This document shows, piece by piece, positions 39,310 to 49,998 of a stretch of DNA of 64,000 bases. The notes beneath the pieces are model-generated. The model ran no database searches. It had not been told where the DNA came from and saw only the letters and a list, made by a program, of their open reading frames with translations. Position numbers and translations under genes: made by a program. Position 1 is the stretch's first letter, and each line of letters begins with the position of its first letter. Source of the stretch: a virus; the IMG/VR virus record IMGVR_UViG_3300034190_002630, one strand, 5' to 3'.

Positions 39310-40115
39310 TGTTAGGAACACAATTTTATCATGAAACAATAAGAAAAATGGTCGTGACTTTTGGTACGATATTTAACAATATTAATATTGTTAGAAAAGA
39401 CAATAATGGAAACATAACTCAAAAAATGAAAGTTCCATTAGCATATGGACCAAAACAAAAATTTTTAGTAAGATTAGATCAAGATGCTAATTTAGATTCA
39501 AAGGTTGCAATAACTTTACCACGTATGGGTTTTGAAATACAAAACTTAACTTACGATGCAACAAGAAAATTAAATCGTGTTCAAAAATTTAAAAAAGTAA
39601 AAGGTTCCAAAGCAAATCAATTAGATACTCAGTTTATGCCTGTTCCATATAATCTTGATTTTGAATTGTATGCAATGGCAAAACAATCAGATGATGCTTT
39701 ACAAATAGTTGAACAAATACTTCCATACTTCCAACCAGATTACACAGTAACAATGAATGACATGGCTGATATGGGGATCAAAAGAGATATCCCTATAATA
39801 CTAAACTCTATAAGTTATGAAGATAGTTATAGAGGAGATTTCAATGAAAGAAGAGCAATAATTTATACTTTGACATTCACTGCTAAATTTTATCTATATG
39901 GCCCAGTTGTATCAAGTAAAGTTATCAAACAAGTTCAAGTTGATCAATACGCAGATATGCCTGTAAAAGCACCAACTAGAGAACAAAGATATACAGTGAC
40001 ACCTAATCCTACAACTGCTGATGCTGATGATGATTTTGGATTTAACGAAACAGTATCATTTTTTGAAGATGCAAAAAACTTTAATCCAGCAACAGGTGAG
40101 GATGAACCTAAATGA
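39309..40115 (+). CDS. gp15: Tail sheath stabiliser/completion protein
   Basis: FG.IFN.I, VPL.YGP.QKF, LPRM.FE, QI.EQILPYFQP. Confidence 0.95.
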   Translation: MLGTQFYHETIRKMVVTFGTIFNNINIVRKDNNGNITQKMKVPLAYGPKQKFLVRLDQDANLDSKVAITLPRMGFEIQNLTYDATRKLNRVQKFKKVKGSKANQLDTQFMPVPYNLDFELYAMAKQSDDALQIVEQILPYFQPDYTVTMNDMADMGIKRDIPIILNSISYEDSYRGDFNERRAIIYTLTFTAKFYLYGPVVSSKVIKQVQVDQYADMPVKAPTREQRYTVTPNPTTADADDDFGFNETVSFFEDAKNFNPATGEDEPK

Positions 40116-40121
40116 TGATAA

Positions 40122-41012
40122 ATGATATTCAAATCAAAAACAGTTAACTTAGATATAACACATAGATGTACTTTACAATGTGCTAAGTGTTCAAGACAAG
40201 ATCCTAACTATGTTTATGATAAGAGAGATACGACACTTGAAGAGTTTGATAAAATAACAGATTATTATCAAGAGATAATTTTTTGTGGACAAATTTCTGA
40301 TCCTATTTTTCATCCACAGTTTGATGAGTTTTTAAAAATGTGTAAGGATAAAAAAGTCTTTGCAGAGGTTCATACTGCAGCCAGTCATCGTAAAAAAGAA
40401 CAATATAAAAAATTTTTTGAAGCAAACACAGATGCCAAATGGGTTTTTGGTATAGACGGATTGCCAAAAGATAGTCATAAGTATAGAATAAATCAAGACG
40501 GTGAATATCTTTTTGATATAATGTTATTGGCAAAAAAAGAATATGATATAAACGTGTCTTGGCAATATATTGTTTTTCCTTACAATGAAGACGATTTATT
40601 TACTGCAATGGGTATTGCAAGAGATAATGATATCAACTTTTTAATTATTGAGTCATCTAGATTTGATGATGAAGAACAATTACCTGATCTTAATAATAAA
40701 CAGTATGAAATGGTATATGATTTTAAACCTCAGTGTATAAGTGCTGAAAAAGAACATGGACACACATCAAAAGGATTTGTTTTGCCTTGTTGTTGGTCTG
40801 ATGTAAATAAAAATCAGATACCTGAATTGACGTTAGATCATTTATCATTGACAAATGCAGATAATATAGATACAATAATTACGTCAAAAGAATGGACAGA
40901 TTTTGCAGAAAGACTAAAAACTAATCCACCAGAATATTGTAAAAGATATTGTGGATATAAAAAGAAAACAAGTATAAGATCAGAGATAAATTTTAATGAC
41001 AGAAAATATTGA
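40122..41012 (+). CDS. Radical SAM protein with a C-terminal SPASM/twitch-like Cys cluster
   Basis: CTLQCAKC (CxxxCxxC), FCGQISDP, FGIDG, PCCW..CxxxC. Confidence 0.88.
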   Translation: MIFKSKTVNLDITHRCTLQCAKCSRQDPNYVYDKRDTTLEEFDKITDYYQEIIFCGQISDPIFHPQFDEFLKMCKDKKVFAEVHTAASHRKKEQYKKFFEANTDAKWVFGIDGLPKDSHKYRINQDGEYLFDIMLLAKKEYDINVSWQYIVFPYNEDDLFTAMGIARDNDINFLIIESSRFDDEEQLPDLNNKQYEMVYDFKPQCISAEKEHGHTSKGFVLPCCWSDVNKNQIPELTLDHLSLTNADNIDTIITSKEWTDFAERLKTNPPEYCKRYCGYKKKTSIRSEINFNDRKY

Positions 41013-41403
41013 TAAAATAATAGACAAAGCATTAGGTGTTGTTGAGGAAGAAAAGAAACAATCTAAAAAACAAGTTGTAATACCTAGACCAAAAGAAAAT
41101 GATGATGTTGATGCTGATTATCAATATCAAAGAGAAAATTTTTATGCTCTTATTGAAAGAGGCCAAGATGCTGTTGAAGGCATATTAGAACTTGCTCAAG
41201 AATCTGATCATCCACGTGCATATGAAGTTGCAGGTAATCTAATAAAGTCAGTCGCAGATGTAACAGAAAAACTTGTTGATTTACAAACAAAAATGAAAAA
41301 ATTAAAAGAAGTTCCTAATAAAGGCCCTAACAATGTGACAAATGCTTTGTTCGTTGGATCTACTACAGAGTTACAAAAAATGTTAAAAAAGAAAGATGAT
41401 TAA
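40996..41403 (+). CDS. gp16: Terminase small subunit
   Basis: DY.Y.R.N.Y.LIE.G, HPRAYEV, NALFVGST.ELQK. Confidence 0.93.
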   Translation: MTENIDKIIDKALGVVEEEKKQSKKQVVIPRPKENDDVDADYQYQRENFYALIERGQDAVEGILELAQESDHPRAYEVAGNLIKSVADVTEKLVDLQTKMKKLKEVPNKGPNNVTNALFVGSTTELQKMLKKKDD

Positions 41404-42361
41404 TTTAGAAAACTCTACAGTTGATCTAGACATATCAAACAAATGCACTTTAGAATGTAATAGATGTGAACGTCAAGAATTACGTAGTTTGAATATGGAT
41501 GTGCCTGGTGGTGACATGTCTGTTGATGATTTTATTAAAGTTTGTGACTATTATGGAAGTGATGAAAATTATATAGCATTCTGTGGACCTATTAGTGATC
41601 CTATATTCAATCCAAATATTTTAGAATTTTTAAAAATCGCATATGAAAAAAATAAACGTGTTAAGATTCATACTGCTGCAACATCAAAAAATAAAAAGAT
41701 TGATTGGTATGAAAAGGCATTTGATATCAATCCAAATGCAAGGTGGATATTTGGTTTAGACGGACTACCTAACAAAAGTTGGATTTACAGAGTTAATCAA
41801 GATAGTGATTTAATCTATGATGCAATGATATTATGTGCAAAAAAGAATATGGATGTAATATGGCAGTATCTAGTCTTTGGTTATAATGAAGATCAAATAG
41901 AAGAAGCAAAAGATATTGCTGAGAATAATAATATTACATTAGAGATAAATCATACATCTAGATATATTGATCACGACATATACAAACCAACAAATGATGT
42001 TGTCAACGAAACAAAAAAAACTGTAGAGTATGGATTTTATCCAAGATGTTTATCAAACAATAGACCACCATACGTAAGCGCAACAGGTCAAATACTTCCT
42101 TGTTGTTGGGTTGATCAACCCACTGTAAATTTATTAAAAAATGATCCTGTGTTGGCAACGTTAAACAGAGAAGATTTTAATATTAAAAATGTTGAAAATA
42201 TAAAAGACGTATATAAACATGAAGTATATAAAAAGTTTTACAATGATTTAATAAATAATCATGATAGTTGTTCAGAATATTGTAAAAAAAAATGTTCGCA
42301 AAAAATGGAAAACCCAACTAGAATTAAAAAACGTTATGGAAAATTATCTAGGAAATCCTAA
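41396..42361 (+). CDS. Radical SAM protein with a SPASM/twitch-like cluster (paralogue of 40122)
   Basis: CTLECNRC, FCGPISDP, FGLDG, PCCW..CxxxC. Confidence 0.88.
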   Translation: MINLENSTVDLDISNKCTLECNRCERQELRSLNMDVPGGDMSVDDFIKVCDYYGSDENYIAFCGPISDPIFNPNILEFLKIAYEKNKRVKIHTAATSKNKKIDWYEKAFDINPNARWIFGLDGLPNKSWIYRVNQDSDLIYDAMILCAKKNMDVIWQYLVFGYNEDQIEEAKDIAENNNITLEINHTSRYIDHDIYKPTNDVVNETKKTVEYGFYPRCLSNNRPPYVSATGQILPCCWVDQPTVNLLKNDPVLATLNREDFNIKNVENIKDVYKHEVYKKFYNDLINNHDSCSEYCKKKCSQKMENPTRIKKRYGKLSRKS

Positions 42362-43964
42362 TTTAAAAAAAGTTAACACTGTTCAAGAATATACAAAAGA
42401 ACAAATTGTTGAATATCAGAAGTGTATGGATGACCCTTTATATTTCATAGAGACATATATAAAAATTATATCTCTTGATGAGGGATTGATAGACTTCAAA
42501 CCATATAACTTTCAAAAAGAAATGATTGGCACATTTCATAAAAATCGTTTTACAATTTGTAAACTTCCAAGACAATCAGGTAAATCTACAATCATGTTGT
42601 CATATCTTTTACATTATGCTTTGTTCAATGCAAATATTAACATTGCAATATTGGCAAACAAAGCTGCAACTGCCAGAGATTTATTAGGTAGATTACAACT
42701 TGCGTATGAAAATCTACCGACATGGTTACAACAAGGGATAATGTCATGGAACAAAGGTTCTCTTGAATTAGAAAATGGATCTAAAATATTAGCATCATCA
42801 ACATCAGCATCTGCTGTTCGTGGTAGTTCATACAACATAATATTCTTAGATGAGTTTGCATATGTTCCAGCAACGATTGCCGATGAGTTTTTTAGTTCAG
42901 TTTATCCTACGATATCATCTGGTACGTCAACAAAAGTCATAATCGTATCAACACCTCACGGTATGAATATGTTTTATAAATTATGGAACGATGCGATACA
43001 CAAAAGAAATACATACGTTCCTATTGAGGTACATTGGAGTGAAGTACCTGGTCGTGATGAGAAATGGAAAGAAGAGACAATAAAAAATACAAGTGAACAA
43101 CAATTTAGAACAGAGTTTGAATGTGAGTTTCTAGGATCAACAAATACATTAATTAATCCAACAAAACTAAGACAGTTGTCTTACAAAGATGCACTGACAT
43201 ATAACGCAGGGTTATCAGTATATGAGAATCCAATAAAAGACCATATCTATTTTATGACGTGTGATGTATCTAGAGGAACTAAAAATGACTGTTCTGCGTT
43301 TACTGTGATAGATGTAACACAAATACCATACAAAATAGTTGCATGTTTTAAAGACAATGAGATAAAACCACTAATGTTTCCTCATAAAATTAACAATGTT
43401 GCAAAAGCGTACAATCATGCGTTTGTATTAGTTGAAGTAAATGATATTGGAGAGCAAGTATCTAATAATTTACACTATGATTTAGAGTATGATAATATCG
43501 TTATGTGTTATATGCGTGGACGTGCAGGTCAGATTATGGGTGGTGGATACTCTGGTGGTAAAGCACAAATGGGAGTTCGCACAACAAAGGCAGTAAAAAA
43601 ACTAGGATGTTCTAATTTAAAACAAATTGTGGAGTCTGATAAACTTATTATAGAGGATTTTGATATAATCAATGAATTATCAACGTTTATTGTCAAAGGT
43701 AATCAAATACAGGCCGAAGAAGGATGTAATGATGATCTTGCAATGTGTTTAGTATTATTTTCATGGGCATGTGATCAAACATACTTCAAAGAACTAACAG
43801 ATGTTAACATACGTGCAAAGTTATACGCAGAAACACAAAATCAACTTGAGTCAGATATGTCACCTTTTGGATTTGTTGATAATGGTGTTGACGATCCTTA
43901 TGAGACAAGTGAATATGGTCAAGTATGGACTACAGTCGATATCCCTAGATTTGATGATGATTAA
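42336..43964 (+). CDS. gp17: Terminase large subunit
   Basis: YLGNPNLKK, PRQSGKST, FLDEFA, STP.G.N.FY, DDL.M.LV.F. Confidence 0.97.
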   Translation: MENYLGNPNLKKVNTVQEYTKEQIVEYQKCMDDPLYFIETYIKIISLDEGLIDFKPYNFQKEMIGTFHKNRFTICKLPRQSGKSTIMLSYLLHYALFNANINIAILANKAATARDLLGRLQLAYENLPTWLQQGIMSWNKGSLELENGSKILASSTSASAVRGSSYNIIFLDEFAYVPATIADEFFSSVYPTISSGTSTKVIIVSTPHGMNMFYKLWNDAIHKRNTYVPIEVHWSEVPGRDEKWKEETIKNTSEQQFRTEFECEFLGSTNTLINPTKLRQLSYKDALTYNAGLSVYENPIKDHIYFMTCDVSRGTKNDCSAFTVIDVTQIPYKIVACFKDNEIKPLMFPHKINNVAKAYNHAFVLVEVNDIGEQVSNNLHYDLEYDNIVMCYMRGRAGQIMGGGYSGGKAQMGVRTTKAVKKLGCSNLKQIVESDKLIIEDFDIINELSTFIVKGNQIQAEEGCNDDLAMCLVLFSWACDQTYFKELTDVNIRAKLYAETQNQLESDMSPFGFVDNGVDDPYETSEYGQVWTTVDIPRFDDD

Positions 43965-44257
43965 AGTAGTTCAATCAAATCATTATCTAATTTTATCCAA
44001 CAATTATGACAAAGTATTTTAGAACCATTCATAAGTTCTATTATTTCTTCTCTTGATCCATTTATTGCAGTTGTTTTTGATTTTTTACGTATCTCGGAGT
44101 CATGTGGATGAAATTTAAGACATACAGTTTCAGACTCACCACAACTTGTACAAGACTTATCAGATAAATGAGTATTCAACCATGCAACACGTTTATTGTA
44201 GTGCCTTCTTGCGACTTTCTTAATAGTCTCTTTGTATTTTTCATAATGTGTTTGCAT
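43961..44257 (-). CDS. HNH-like Zn-binding protein (degenerate)
   Basis: CTSCGE..CL.FH...LCHNC; TATAAATA on the - strand 5 nt upstream. Confidence 0.7.
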   Translation of the reverse strand: MQTHYEKYKETIKKVARRHYNKRVAWLNTHLSDKSCTSCGESETVCLKFHPHDSEIRKKSKTTAINGSREEIIELMNGSKILCHNCWIKLDNDLIELL

Positions 44258-44313
44258 AATTATATTTATATATACATAGTATATAAAAAGCGTGTTGTAG
44301 AAAAATTAATTTC

Positions 44314-44321
44314 TATAAATA
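44314..44321 (+). promoter_or_regulatory. Late promoter
   Basis: TATAAATA upstream of gp18. Confidence 0.75.
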
Positions 44322-44362
44322 ATCATGAAATTACAAAGATATTATCTTAAAAGGAGACAATC

Positions 44363-46384
44363 ATGCCTAGTACATTCGGCGTTTCACCTGGCGTTCAGGT
44401 AAGAGAAGTAGATTTAACGAATGTAGTACCTGCAGTTGCAACATCTATTGGTGCAATCGCTGGACCATTCGAAAAAGGCCCTGTTTCTAGTGTCACAACA
44501 ATTAGTTCCGAAGAGGAGTTAGTAGAGATTTTTGGTAAACCAAATGCTGAAAATTTTGAAGTTTTCTTTACTGCGGCAAACTTCTTAGGATATACAAATG
44601 CCCTAAAAGTTGTTAGAACGGAATCTGGTGTTTTAAACGCTGGTGCGAACAGTGGAATATTAATCAGAGATACAGACCATTATTTAAACTCATTTGCAGA
44701 CGGTTCAGGTTCACATGGTGAGTGGACTGCAAGAACTGCTGGAACATGGGGTAATTCACTTGGTGTTTCATTATGTCCAAGTGCAACTGCATACGAACAA
44801 ATGATTAGTTCATCAAGTCAAACAGTTGGTGAAGATGCTGCAGGTTCAACATCTATCGCTGTTGACGATATAGATTTAGCAAATAATGTTATCGCAGTTG
44901 GTGACATTGTATCATTCTTCCAAGATTCAGCAGGTGCGACACCTGTGACTGGTGAGACTGGTAAACAATATGAAGTTACTGCTGTTGATACAAGTGCCAA
45001 CACAATGACAATCAAAAGATTAGATGATCCAAACGGTGGTGGAACATTTAATATCATACCTGATAATTCATTTATTAAAAGACGTTGGAGATTTTACGAT
45101 TTATTCAATGGTGCTCCAGGCACATCATCATACGCAACAAACAATCAAAGAGGTACAAATGACGAACTTCATTTTGTTGTTTATGACAGAACTGGTGCAA
45201 CAACAGGGTTTTCTGTAGATTCAAACGGACAGAGAACAAACTCAGTTATTGAGACATTCTCAAACTTATCAAAACACCCTAATGCAAAAAATGAATCTGG
45301 TTCATCAATCTATTACCCAGATTATGTTTACGCAAACTCAGAGTTCATTTATTGGACTGATCATATTTCTGCAGGCACAAATTGGGGAACTAATTTAACA
45401 GGAACAACAGCATTTACAGACGTTATTGTTGTTGTTGTAGATGAACTAACTGGTGGAACAGATGATTATGCTGTGACTGCTGGTGAAACAAAAACTGCAT
45501 ATGAAAAGTTTGAAGATGATGCAACTGAAGATGTAAACTTAATTCTTGGTGGTGAGTCATCAATCGTAGCAGATACACAGTCTGCATATGATACACATGC
45601 AACAATGATTAATGATATCGTAACAGCAAGAAAAGATTGTTTAGGTTTTGTATCACCTCGTAGAGGTGCTGTTGTAGGAGTCACAGACTCAGCAACACAA
45701 ACCAAAAACGTATCTGATGATGCTGCAACTGTTCCAAGTTCATCATTTTTAGTTCTTGACAGTGGATACAAATACATGTACGACAAATACAACGATACAT
45801 TTAGATTTGTACCTTTAAACGGCGATGTTGCTGGAACATGTGCTAGAACTGATGCAGTAGCAGATTCATTCTTCTCACCTGCTGGATATAATAGAGGTAG
45901 AATTAGAAATGCAATCAAACTTGCTTACAACCCAAATCAAACACAAAGAGATGAGTTGTACAGAGGAAGAGTCAACCCAGTTATCAATCAACCAGGTCAA
46001 GGTGTTGTCCTATTTGGTGATAAAACAGCATTGACAAATCCTTCAGCATTTGATAGAATAAACGTTAGAAGATTGTTTATCTTATTAGAAAAAGCAATCT
46101 CAACAGCTGCTAAATTCCAACTCTTTGAGTTCAATGATGAATTTACAAGAGCACAATTTAGAAGTTTGATAGAACCTTTCCTAAGAGACGTACAAGGTAG
46201 AAGAGGTATCACAGACTTTAGAGTTATAGCAGATGCAACAAATAACACAGGTGAAGTTATTGATAGAAACGAATTTGTCGCAGACATCTTTGTAAAACCA
46301 AATAGATCAATCAACTTTATCCAACTAAACTTCGTTGCGACACGAACAGGTGTAGCGTTCACTGAAGTAGCAGGAGCAGTATAA
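44363..46384 (+). CDS. gp18: Tail sheath protein
   Basis: SPGV.VRE.DLT, SPAG.NRG, FDRINVRRLF, FE.ND..TR. Confidence 0.97.
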   Translation: MPSTFGVSPGVQVREVDLTNVVPAVATSIGAIAGPFEKGPVSSVTTISSEEELVEIFGKPNAENFEVFFTAANFLGYTNALKVVRTESGVLNAGANSGILIRDTDHYLNSFADGSGSHGEWTARTAGTWGNSLGVSLCPSATAYEQMISSSSQTVGEDAAGSTSIAVDDIDLANNVIAVGDIVSFFQDSAGATPVTGETGKQYEVTAVDTSANTMTIKRLDDPNGGGTFNIIPDNSFIKRRWRFYDLFNGAPGTSSYATNNQRGTNDELHFVVYDRTGATTGFSVDSNGQRTNSVIETFSNLSKHPNAKNESGSSIYYPDYVYANSEFIYWTDHISAGTNWGTNLTGTTAFTDVIVVVVDELTGGTDDYAVTAGETKTAYEKFEDDATEDVNLILGGESSIVADTQSAYDTHATMINDIVTARKDCLGFVSPRRGAVVGVTDSATQTKNVSDDAATVPSSSFLVLDSGYKYMYDKYNDTFRFVPLNGDVAGTCARTDAVADSFFSPAGYNRGRIRNAIKLAYNPNQTQRDELYRGRVNPVINQPGQGVVLFGDKTALTNPSAFDRINVRRLFILLEKAISTAAKFQLFEFNDEFTRAQFRSLIEPFLRDVQGRRGITDFRVIADATNNTGEVIDRNEFVADIFVKPNRSINFIQLNFVATRTGVAFTEVAGAV

Positions 46385-46914
46385 TGGCAAACATAGACGA
46401 TTTTAAAGCTAATCTTGCAGGTGGTGGTGCTCGTGCTAATCAGTTCAGAGTAACTATTACACCTCCAACAGGTATTGCAATTGGTTTAGATGTTAGAAAT
46501 GCTTCATTCTTATGTAAGGCATCGAACTTACCAGGTCAAACACTTGGTGAGATACCTGTGCCTTTCAGAGGAAGAAATGTATATATCGCAGGTGATAGAG
46601 AGTTTGAAACTTGGTCAACCACTTTCATCAACGATACAACTTTCAATGTAAGAAATGCTATTGAAAGGTGGATGAACGGTATCAACGATCTTGCAGAAAA
46701 CACAGGTGTTACTTCTGCAACTGATTATCAAGCAGACTTGTTTGTTGATCAATTAGATAGAGATGATACAGTTCTTAAAACTTATATTTTAAGAGCATGT
46801 TTTCCACAGTCAATAGGACAGGTTGATTTATCTTACGATACAACTAATGCATTGGAAGAATTTGAGGTGACTTGGAGATATCAACACTTTGAAACAAGTG
46901 GCGTGAACTTCTAA
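46384..46914 (+). CDS. gp19: Tail tube protein
   Basis: GGAR.N.F.V, FRGR...IAGDR.F..W, EEF.VT. Confidence 0.95.
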   Translation: MANIDDFKANLAGGGARANQFRVTITPPTGIAIGLDVRNASFLCKASNLPGQTLGEIPVPFRGRNVYIAGDREFETWSTTFINDTTFNVRNAIERWMNGINDLAENTGVTSATDYQADLFVDQLDRDDTVLKTYILRACFPQSIGQVDLSYDTTNALEEFEVTWRYQHFETSGVNF

Positions 46915-46923
46915 TTTACCTAC

Positions 46924-46931
46924 TATAAATA
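46924..46931 (+). promoter_or_regulatory. Late promoter
   Basis: TATAAATA upstream of gp20. Confidence 0.75.
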
Positions 46932-46949
46932 GAAAGTAGGAGCTTAATT

Positions 46950-48509
46950 ATGGCAGAACTATTCGGATTTAAATTCGAAAGAATCAAAGATAGCGGTAGT
47001 ACAGAGAAATTTACTCAACCCTCAGCTGATGACGGTACAGTTGAAGTCGCAGGTGGGGGTCACTACGCTACTGTCTTAGATCAAGATGGTAGAGATAGAA
47101 GCGAGTATGATCTTATCAAACGTTACCGAGATATTTCACAACAACCAGAGTGTGACAGTGCGATTGAAGACATCGTAAATGAAGCAATTGTTTCAAACGA
47201 AAGAGATCAATCAGTAAGCATTATATTAGATCAACTTCCATATAGAAAAAATGTAAAAGATAAAATCAGAGAGTGTTTTGATGAGACACTATCACTTCTA
47301 GACTTTGATACAAAAGGTCATGACATTTTTAGAAGATGGTATATCGATGGTAGAATTTATTATCACAAAGTTATTGATACCAAAAATCCAAGAATGGGAA
47401 TAAAAGAAGTTAGATATATTGATCCAAGAAAAATTAAAAAAGTAAAAGAAGTAACAAAAGTTCCTAAATCATCTGGGCCAGAGTTGATCAAGAAGTCAGT
47501 TGATTATTATGTCTATAATGAAAAAGGTCATAATATGAACTCAACACAAGGTGTAAGAATATCACCTGATGCAATTACGTATTGTGTATCTGGTCTTACT
47601 GATGCAAATAAAAATATAGTTTTATCTTATTTACATAAAGCAATCAAACCTGTTAATCAGTTAAGAATGATTGAAGACTCTTTAGTCATTTATAGAATAT
47701 CAAGAGCACCAGAAAGAAGAATCTTTTATATTGATGTTGGTAATTTACCAAAAGTAAAAGCAGAACAATATTTAAAAGATGTGATGCAAAGATATAGAAA
47801 CAAACTTGTTTACGATGCAAAGACAGGTGAGATTCGTGATGATAGAAATCATATGTCAATGTTAGAAGACTTTTGGTTACCAAGAAGAGAAGGTGGAAGA
47901 GGAACAGAAATATCAACACTACCTGGTGGACAAAACTTAGGTGAGATAGATGATATAATTTATTTTCAAAGAAAATTATATCGATCTTTAAATGTTCCAA
48001 TCTCAAGATTAGAAGCAGAACAAAACTTTTCTCTTGGTAGAACAACTGAGATAACAAGAGATGAATTAAAGTTTTCTAAATTTGTGCAAAGAATAAGAAA
48101 AAAGTTTACACCATTATTCAATGACATTTTAAAATCACAATTAGTTTTAAAGAACGTCATTAATATTGAAGAATGGAATAACATCAAAGAGCATATACAA
48201 TATGACTTTATGAAAGACGGACATTTTGCTGAGTTGAAAGATGCAGAGATACTAAGAGAACAGTTGGATCAACTTGGTCAAGTCGAAGGTTACATAGGAA
48301 CATTTTTTTCAAAATCGTGGGTTCAAAAGAATATTTTAAAAATGACAGACTACGAGATTGAAGAAATGAGAAAACAAATAAACATTGAAGCAGGTAATCC
48401 ACCAGATGAAGGTGGTGTAAATATTGGCGATAACGATGGTATAACAAATGAACCATTGAAGACGCAACAAGAACCTGAAGAACCACAAGGAGATAATAAT
48501 GAGCAGTAA
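46950..48509 (+). CDS. gp20: Portal protein
   Basis: YRISRAPERRIFYIDVGNLP, EDFWLPRREGGRGTEI.TLPG. Confidence 0.98.
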   Translation: MAELFGFKFERIKDSGSTEKFTQPSADDGTVEVAGGGHYATVLDQDGRDRSEYDLIKRYRDISQQPECDSAIEDIVNEAIVSNERDQSVSIILDQLPYRKNVKDKIRECFDETLSLLDFDTKGHDIFRRWYIDGRIYYHKVIDTKNPRMGIKEVRYIDPRKIKKVKEVTKVPKSSGPELIKKSVDYYVYNEKGHNMNSTQGVRISPDAITYCVSGLTDANKNIVLSYLHKAIKPVNQLRMIEDSLVIYRISRAPERRIFYIDVGNLPKVKAEQYLKDVMQRYRNKLVYDAKTGEIRDDRNHMSMLEDFWLPRREGGRGTEISTLPGGQNLGEIDDIIYFQRKLYRSLNVPISRLEAEQNFSLGRTTEITRDELKFSKFVQRIRKKFTPLFNDILKSQLVLKNVINIEEWNNIKEHIQYDFMKDGHFAELKDAEILREQLDQLGQVEGYIGTFFSKSWVQKNILKMTDYEIEEMRKQINIEAGNPPDEGGVNIGDNDGITNEPLKTQQEPEEPQGDNNEQ

Positions 48510-48699
48510 AGATGTAGTTGATGCACTTGCAAAAGGAAAAACATTAGACGCTGAAGACGCATTCAAAGATACAATGAAAGATAAAGTTGCAGATGCACTT
48601 GAGACAAAAAAAGTAGAAGTTGCACAAAGTTTTGTCAAAAATCACTTACCTGATGAAACACAAAGTGAAACTCAACCAGAAGAAAAGGAAGATGAGTAA
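48499..48699 (+). CDS. Prohead core protein (gp67-like)
   Basis: Small acidic ORF after the portal gene. Confidence 0.55.
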   Translation: MSSKDVVDALAKGKTLDAEDAFKDTMKDKVADALETKKVEVAQSFVKNHLPDETQSETQPEEKEDE

Positions 48700-48943
48700 G
48701 TTCAACGATTTATATACATCGATTTTCGAGAAAGATGAACATAAAAAAACGAAATCTTATCGAAAACTTGCGCCAAAAATGAAGAAAGCGGTAGATGAAT
48801 TGTTTAAAAAGCTTGATACCAAGGGCTCAAATTTCCTAAATAATTTTGAGAAAACAATAACAGATGTCTCAAAAAGGTATCGTGTACCCGAAAAACAGTT
48901 ATACGATTATTTTGAGAATGAGGCAATGGATATATTAAAGTAA
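48692..48943 (+). CDS. Prohead core protein (gp68-like)
   Basis: Synteny; AAGGA RBS; MSKF..L...FE start. Confidence 0.5.
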   Translation: MSKFNDLYTSIFEKDEHKKTKSYRKLAPKMKKAVDELFKKLDTKGSNFLNNFEKTITDVSKRYRVPEKQLYDYFENEAMDILK

Positions 48944-48950
48944 GGAAAAC

Positions 48951-49334
48951 ATGGCACTAGTAGTACAAACACTAAGAGATTCAGACTTTGAAACAGTAAT
49001 CAAGGTTACAACAACATCAACAAATTCAGCTGCGAGTATCCTAGATGCTTCTGCATTGGCAGGTGCATCAACTGATCCTAGACTATCGATAGTATCATGT
49101 AGTTGGTCTGTCGCTTCGACAACTGATATTTTATTTGATGCAACATCTAATGTCGTTGCATTATCACTAAATGGTAGTGGTCATTTTAATACACAAGCAG
49201 TAGGATTACCTGCAATAGCAAACAATGCTGGTAGTGGTATTAGTGGTGACGTATTGTTAACAAACGGATCTGCATCAGTAGGATTCGTAATATTAAAATT
49301 TAGAAAGACTTCGGGGTTTGATAACTTAAGCTAA
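48951..49334 (+). CDS. Hypothetical head-associated protein
   Basis: Between the core genes and gp21; NNAG.G..GD.L motif. Confidence 0.65.
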   Translation: MALVVQTLRDSDFETVIKVTTTSTNSAASILDASALAGASTDPRLSIVSCSWSVASTTDILFDATSNVVALSLNGSGHFNTQAVGLPAIANNAGSGISGDVLLTNGSASVGFVILKFRKTSGFDNLS

Positions 49335-49996
49335 TGAATACAGTAAAACTTATAACAGAGGCGAATGATTTTAGTACATCAAACTATATTATTGAACAAA
49401 AAGAAGACGGCAAAAAAGATTACAAAATAAAAGGTATCTTTATGCAATCTAACATAAAGAATAGAAACGGAAGAGTATATCCGAGAGAAGTTCTTATGAA
49501 AGAGGTAAAGAACTATGATTCTAAGTTCATACAAAAAAATAGAGCATTTGGTGAACTTGGACACCCAGATGGTCCAACTGTAAATTTAGACAGAGTATCA
49601 CATATGATTACAAGTCTAAAACCAGAGGGTGATAATTTTATAGGAGAAGCGAAGATAATGTCAACACCTATGGGTGAGATTGTAAAATCACTCATGGATG
49701 AAGGTGCGACATTAGGAGTTTCATCAAGAGGTATGGGGAGTTTAGACCAAAGAGGTGGTGTAAACTATGTGAAAAATGATTTTAAACTTGCAACCGCAGG
49801 TGATATCGTGGCAGATCCATCGGCACCTTCCGCCTTCGTAGAGGGAATAATGGAAGGTAAGGAATGGGTTTGGGATCACGGATCATTGGTTGAAGCACAA
49901 GTTTATGAAATGAAAGAAAGAATTGAAAAAAGAGTTAGAGCAAGACAAAACAAGGAACAAGCATTAGAGTTTGCGAAGTTTCTTAAAATGCTTTAA
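49334..49996 (+). CDS. gp21: Prohead protease
   Basis: GIFMQ...NRNGR.Y, GELGHP, LGVSSRG.GS, D.VADPSAP.AFV. Confidence 0.97.
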   Translation: MNTVKLITEANDFSTSNYIIEQKEDGKKDYKIKGIFMQSNIKNRNGRVYPREVLMKEVKNYDSKFIQKNRAFGELGHPDGPTVNLDRVSHMITSLKPEGDNFIGEAKIMSTPMGEIVKSLMDEGATLGVSSRGMGSLDQRGGVNYVKNDFKLATAGDIVADPSAPSAFVEGIMEGKEWVWDHGSLVEAQVYEMKERIEKRVRARQNKEQALEFAKFLKML

Positions 49997-49998
49997 TT

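Noticed and set aside
42261-42335. N-terminal extension of gp17 in the ORF track (also gp55 at 56305 and the ORFs at 12168 and 48620)
   Set aside because: Conserved N-termini or RBS/promoter positions indicate downstream starts (42336, 56320, 12231, 48692).
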